From Podarcis filfolensis (Eukaryota), in assembly GCA_964270895.1 (NCBI GenBank), contig OZ185442.1: a DNA stretch of 64,000 nt; one strand, 5' to 3'. The translations under genes and the position numbers were made by a program. How positions within the stretch are numbered: the first letter of the stretch is position 1; the number at the start of each line of letters is the position of its first letter. Of this stretch, positions 58,810-64,000 are shown one piece after another. The notes below the pieces were generated by a model. It saw only the letters and a program-made list of their open reading frames with translations. It made no database searches and had not been told where the DNA came from.

Positions 58810-58990
58810 ACCTGGTGCCAGAAAGATCCCAGAGTGGATGGTAGGAGAGCTGGGAAGGCATTCCATAGCCAGGGTGCCACTACTGAAAAGGCCCTCTCTT
58901 TGGGATCCACCTACCACCTGCCAGATGTTATTGGGTGGGTGGGTGGTGGTCTCAAAAGATCACCATGCAGGTATTTGTGTGAGATTAGGC
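58810..58990 (-). mobile_element. L2-clade LINE fragment
   Basis: gggaaggcattccatagccagggtgccactactgaaaaggccctct. Confidence 0.55.
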
Positions 58991-59249
58991 AATCCATTGG
59001 GTAACCTAATGCCAAATTGTTTAAGTCTGTCTAGTTTATTCCCAGTAGTCTGAGCTGAGTCTGGAAATAGACTGGAAACCAGTGCAGTAGAGTATAGCAA
59101 GGTCACATCTACCACATCCATTATTAGATTGTTGTTGTTCTTGTTTTATTATGCATTGTGTGGTTTTTTATTGTAATTTTATGTTGAGAACCTCCTTGAG
59201 AAGGGCAGTATACAAATTTAATTACATCATCATAGTCATCACTCTTATA

Positions 59250-59377
59250 GCTCCTTAACTGTCATGGCTTCCCAAAATAATTATGGGAGCTGTAGTTTGT
59301 TAAGATTCCCCTAACAGCTCTCAACACACTTAACAAACTACAGTCCCCAGAATTCCTTGGGGGAAGCAGGTTCCCCA
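59250..59377. mobile_element. Same Harbinger-like MITE family, centrally deleted
   Basis: gtcatggcttccc...gggagctgtagtttgttaag...cttaacaaactacagtccccag...gggggaagc. Confidence 0.65.
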
Positions 59378-60555
59378 ACCACCTCGATGGTGTATAGGGT
59401 TGGGTGTTGGTGTGGAGCCAGTTGACAATAAGCTTGAACTGCAAAGCATGACATGGATGCTGAGCTCTAGAAATTCTGCAAGCTGTCATGCCAGGGCAGA
59501 CATGTTGGGCAACAGCACACCTGGTGATGGCCCTTTGCATGTCAGGCTAGGCTTAAGCAATGGATAGAGGTTGCTTTTTTCCTCAGCAAGGCATTGTCGT
59601 CTCCATTCAAAGCAGAGAGAAAAGGGATACATTGTCTTTTGATAGTTTCTTGAATGAAGCTAGCTGTGTGGTGCGCTTTTTTTGGGGGGGGGGAATTCTT
59701 CCACATCCCCTCCCAAATGCAGCCAGGCAAAAAAAGCCCTCTCTTATCTCTTTTTTTCCTGCTTTTCTGCCCTCTCTGGCATCAACAAAAATTATTAGAG
59801 CGCAGAAACAGCGGCGTGAAGAAAGCTGATTCTTATCTCTGTGCTGCTCTGACTGCCCTGCCTTGGGCTGAATGCTGCCTCCCGGAGAATTGACACAGGC
59901 TCCATTGTAATTCCAGAGACATGTTTTACAGTCTCGGAGATTAAGGACAACTTTATAGTTCCTTCCAAACCCCATTGTTTAGAATGCAGAATTCAAGCGG
60001 CTTTTCATTCCCCTTTCTAAAAGTTTTCAGGCTGGCCCCATTCTCACCGTGGTGATAAATTTTGTTTCTGGACCACTTGAGACTCCAGGCAGGGGATCAC
60101 AATTCATTGGCTCCTCCTCTATACCAGAAGCATATAGAGCGTGAGTCGGGGTGGGGGGAGAGGGCAGGAGAGGAAAAAGGAATCTGACTGACTGCCCTCC
60201 CCTGCTCCTGATCATCCTCACTGGATGTGCTGATTAACACCAGGTGAAAAAGGTCAGAGTAACATCACAGCCACCCATTTCTGTCTCTGGCCAAATAAAC
60301 TTTTGCTTCTGTCCTTGCTGGCAGCTGGCATGTGACCCTTGGAAAGTGGCTCATGCAGGAATGTGGCCCAAGGTTCCCTACCACTGGTATATTGGAACAT
60401 TTGGTCACTGGTGAGTGGTGAGCCCTTGCTTGCAGTTTGAATTGATAGTCCAGATAGTATCTTGCCAACTACCCTACTGAGAACTAGGGCACAATCTTTC
60501 ACTGAATCTCTACGGTTGATTTGTTATGGCTTTCCAGGTGAGTTCAGCCCCTGCT

Positions 60556-60695
60556 NNNNNNNNNNNNNNNNNNNNNNNNNNNNNNNNNNNNNNNNNNNNN
60601 NNNNNNNNNNNNNNNNNNNNNNNNNNNNNNNNNNNNNNNNNNNNNNNNNNNNNNNNNNNNNNNNNNNNNNNNNNNNNNNNNNNNNNNNNNNNNNN
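60556..60695. other. Assembly gap (140 N)
   Basis: N run. Confidence 1.
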
Positions 60696-61000
60696 GAAAG
60701 GGCCTCCCTGTTGGTGCACTGGGCTTCCATTCTACTGTTTTTGGAACATAGGAAACTGCACATATCCCATTTTATTCCATTGGTTCATCTTCCTTGACAT
60801 TCTAATATATTGCCTACTCTGACTGATAGCAGAAATGGCAAACTAATTAATATTAAGGATGTGCACCCATCAAAGAATTAAGTTCAGACCTTGATCCAGA
60901 GCTTTGGAAAACATACTTCCTCTGTCTGCTGTGCTTTAGAAGGCTACACAGTTCAGCTCATGGTCCAAGGCTAAGTCTACTGTGCGAAAGAAAAAGAAAG

Positions 61001-61041
61001 AGAAAGAGAACGAGAAAGAGAACGAGAAAGAGAATGAGAAA
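61001..61041. repeat. 12-bp unit (AGAAAGAGAACG) x3.4
   Basis: Seen directly. Confidence 0.9.
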
Positions 61042-61429
61042 GGGGGAGGAGGCTTTGTTATCCCCAGATCAACAGCTATAACTTAATCCCTTTTGGCAGA
61101 AGTGGATGACATTTGTAGGCATGCTGTCCCCTTCAAAGTGTCTAGTTGGCATCAGTCTGTCTTGAGAGGAAATAGAAGAGTGTGCCATCAGAGGTAAAGT
61201 CAAACCGTTGGAGAGCTACAGTGCCTGCTGTGGCTGTAGAAACCAGTAAGGGAGAGACATTGAAGGTGGGGTGTCTGTCTCCAGGCACTGCGGTCATCTG
61301 AAAGGGATTCCCACAAGGCAGGGTTAATGTTGCCAGCCTTCACGTCATGTCTGCAGACATCTTTAAAATGCAGAGTTGGTCTGCCAACAGGCCTGGTGCC
61401 TGAAGCACCAAATTACATGCAAATAGAGC

Positions 61430-61433
<4 letters not shown>

Positions 61434-61468
<35 letters not shown>
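61434..61468. repeat. (GT)n microsatellite
   Basis: Seen directly. Confidence 0.97.
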
Positions 61469-61472
<4 letters not shown>

Positions 61473-61605
61473 TTCGATTATTGCAACCCGCCTTGGGACC
61501 CTGTGATGAAGGGCAGGTAATAATTGCAACAACAACAATTCTTCACCAGATTTGTTTCTGTATTCTGATGCTGACATTTTCTTAAAGTATATCCATTTCT
61601 CCTAG

Positions 61606-61807
61606 ATCAGCTACCAGAGCATTGAATCCTCTGACCCAGCAGTCAATGTCCCTGGCCCACGACGTACCGTCTCCAAGCTCCGAAATGAAACTTACCATGT
61701 TTTCTCCAACCTGCATCCTGGGACAACCTACCTCTTCTCAGTGCGGGCACGGACTGGCAAGGGATTTGGCCAAACGGCTCTGACCGAGATCACCACTAAC
61801 ATCTCAG
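61606..61807 (+). CDS. PTPRU: PTPRU exon 10 (FN3 repeat 3, second part), 202 bp, phase 0 to 1
   Basis: ttctcctag acceptor and CAG|gttggt donor. Encodes [67 protein letters not shown]. Absent from the ORF track; translated by hand. Confidence 0.96.
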
Positions 61808-62854
61808 GTTGGTGGCAAGAAGAGCAAAACGGCTGTTGCTTTTTGATCTAGGCTTTGCTCAAAGTTACAACTTGTCCTGGAGTTCTTTGGGTGTCTGCCA
61901 TTGCAAATTGGATGGGATGTGGTTTGGATGTAGTGACAACATCTGGCAAGCCAGTGGAAGTCATTCTTTTTTCCCTCTTTTCTTTTCTTTTCTTTTCGTT
62001 TTTTAGCAAAAATGATGTGTGTGATGAGCTGGCTTTCTGCTGACAAGCACACCCATATGTGATCATGGCACTGTTGTAAGGCTTCACGCCAGCTGCTAAT
62101 GCAAAGGGATTGTATTAACAATTCTAGCTTTCTAGTTCACTCTCTTCCCCCACCCTACCCCGGCTTCTCCTCCAGATTTCACCTATCTTTTCTGCACACT
62201 TCTATTCCTTTTTCTTTTCTAGTTGACATGGCCTTATTTTAATTGTTCCCTCTGCAGCAATTCCAGCAGGATATTCCCTGCCCTCACTCCCATCTCACAG
62301 CTTTGGCATTGCAGTCCTAAATAGTGATCCCGCTGAAGCTTGTAATTACTTAGTTAGCAACAGAAACTTCCTTTGTGGGCTAAGGCGCCCCGGGAACATT
62401 ACATTTCCCAAGTTCCCTGGTAACTGGTATGCTGCTGTTGGAGTTACAAATGGAAGTGAGGAAAGGCATATGTAAAGGTCTGGAGTGAGATTGGTGGTGG
62501 TGGTGGTTGTTTGCTGCCACTGTCGGATATAGATGAAGAGTTTCCTATGGTGAGCATACGCAGGGTTACAGAAGGAGTGCAAAGGCATATGTTCTCTGTC
62601 TTGCTCCCAATTATGGGATCAGAAGTCCAGTGTGTTCTAAATTTAGAATTGGATTCATGGAATAAGAAAAGCAAGTAGTAGTCCTACAGCCTACCACAGA
62701 GTCAGGTCAAGCAAACCTCATATAGTCCTTATTTGAGTATTGTAAGAAGTGGCCAAGACTTGCAAAACATCACAACAGGCTTGGCATTCTCATGGGATTT
62801 GGGGAAAGTACTGTGGGAATTGGGTGCTTCAGGGGCCACTCTATCCATCTAGAT

Positions 62855-62992
62855 CAGCCTTTCTCAACCTGTGGGTCCCCAGATGTTGTTGAACTACAAC
62901 TCCCATTACCCCTAGCTAGCAAGGCCAGAGCTCAGGGATGATGGGAGTTGTAGTCCAACAACATCTGGGGACCCACAGGTTGAGAACTACTG
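62855..62992. mobile_element. hAT (Charlie-like) palindromic MITE, young
   Basis: 52-bp inverted arms with 4 mismatches; TSD atctagat / atttagat fits the Charlie NTCTAGAN preference. Confidence 0.92.
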
Positions 62993-64000
62993 ATTTAGAT
63001 GCAGCCATGAGTGTGGCTGGGTGGTGGCCCCCTCAGCCTTTTCTCCTTGGTGCTGTGGCACCTGGCCAGCTGAGAGCCAACAGCAGTGTGGTGGAAGAAT
63101 GGCATTGTGGTGTATATTTGCTCCTCCACCTCAGGCAAAAATTGTTTTTATGAATTTCTCTCTTTCTCACTAAATCAGTCGTGCAGAAACAAGCCCCTAG
63201 TCATTAATGATGTGATCAGAAGATCCTGTTCACACCAGTCTCCATGGCAAGCAGGTGGAGGTTTGAGCAGCAACGTGGCATGGAAAAATTTCTGAGTAAA
63301 ATGCTTCCAGCGCTTTATTTTTCTTCGGAAAATTCTCCCATTTCTTCAGCTCATTAGGCACCACAATTGCAAGCAAATTGCAAATACAGTTTGAGGCCAG
63401 CTTAGCAGTTTCTAAGTTCTGAGCTTTATTTATTAACTGCAAGCGATGCTAAATTAAACATGCTAAATTAGCACATTCTCCAGGGCATCAGAAAATTTCC
63501 CAGTGCTAACTGAAAATTTCTCAATGGAAATTAGGTTACTTTCCATAGGGTTATTTTCTGGAAAATTTTCTGATCCAACATTTTCTGGGAAACGCCCATC
63601 GATGGTTCCAAGCAGGCTTTCAAACAAAATCAGTCGATACCAAACCGGGAGTACAAAATTATGCTATGTGGATTTTCTTTGGTTTTTGTCATTTGATTTT
63701 GTCCCAAGGAGATGCAGACATTGGTAGAACGTGGACACCTTGGTGGTGTTGCTGACTCAGCTTCTGGCATCAGTGATGGACTGACGCCACAACTGTGCAA
63801 CTAAAGAGCATTTTCATCACGCCAAAGAAATGGCGTGTGAAGTTGCTGTACATATTTTGTTTCTTGGAAATGCACACACGCAGAGAGAGTATGGCTCAGT
63901 CTTCAAAGCCTCTTTGCTTATTGGCCCATCCATGAAATCTTCAGAGAAGTACAGCTAGTTAGTGGCCGAGGGACATTGGTCTGATGCCTGGCAGCCTATT

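Noticed and set aside
5277-61807. Assignment to paralogues PTPRK, PTPRM or PTPRT
   Set aside because: Residues such as [19 protein letters not shown] and [15 protein letters not shown] match PTPRU as I recall it; a reciprocal BLAST would confirm.
1819-62992. Recurrent short palindromes as a CRISPR-like or other programmed repeat array
   Set aside because: Dispersed MITEs with TIRs and TSDs, not regularly spaced repeats; eukaryotic context.

Overview
Vertebrate genomic DNA from a squamate reptile. A lacertid lizard is likely, inferred from the repeat content (BovB/RTE LINEs, Sauria SINEs, a palindromic Tc1/mariner MITE). The window lies inside one + strand gene, the type IIB receptor tyrosine phosphatase PTPRU. 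Eight coding exons are present, numbered 3-10 by homology: most of the MAM domain, the Ig domain and FN3 repeats 1-3. All have GT-AG boundaries and consistent phases; exon 2 and exon 11 onward are outside the window. Over 97% of the window is intronic, with introns 7 and 8 at 23.1 and 21.4 kb. The introns are dense with BovB, CR1, L2 and L1-clade LINE fragments, tRNA-derived SINEs, hAT, Harbinger-like and Tc1 MITEs, LTR-like pieces and microsatellites, plus three N gaps. I see no novel multi-gene system, CRISPR array or genuine RNA gene. The best leads are: (1) a frame-compatible candidate cassette or terminal exon after exon 10 that could give a longer or secreted PTPRU ectodomain; (2) inverted ~93% identical BovB copies flanking the phase 1-1 exon 8, whose circular form would be a stop-free ORF; (3) two different hAT MITEs inserted at the same position of one SINE family; (4) several candidate enhancer motifs. 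Repeat family names come from recalled consensus features rather than database searches, and most repeat boundaries are approximate.
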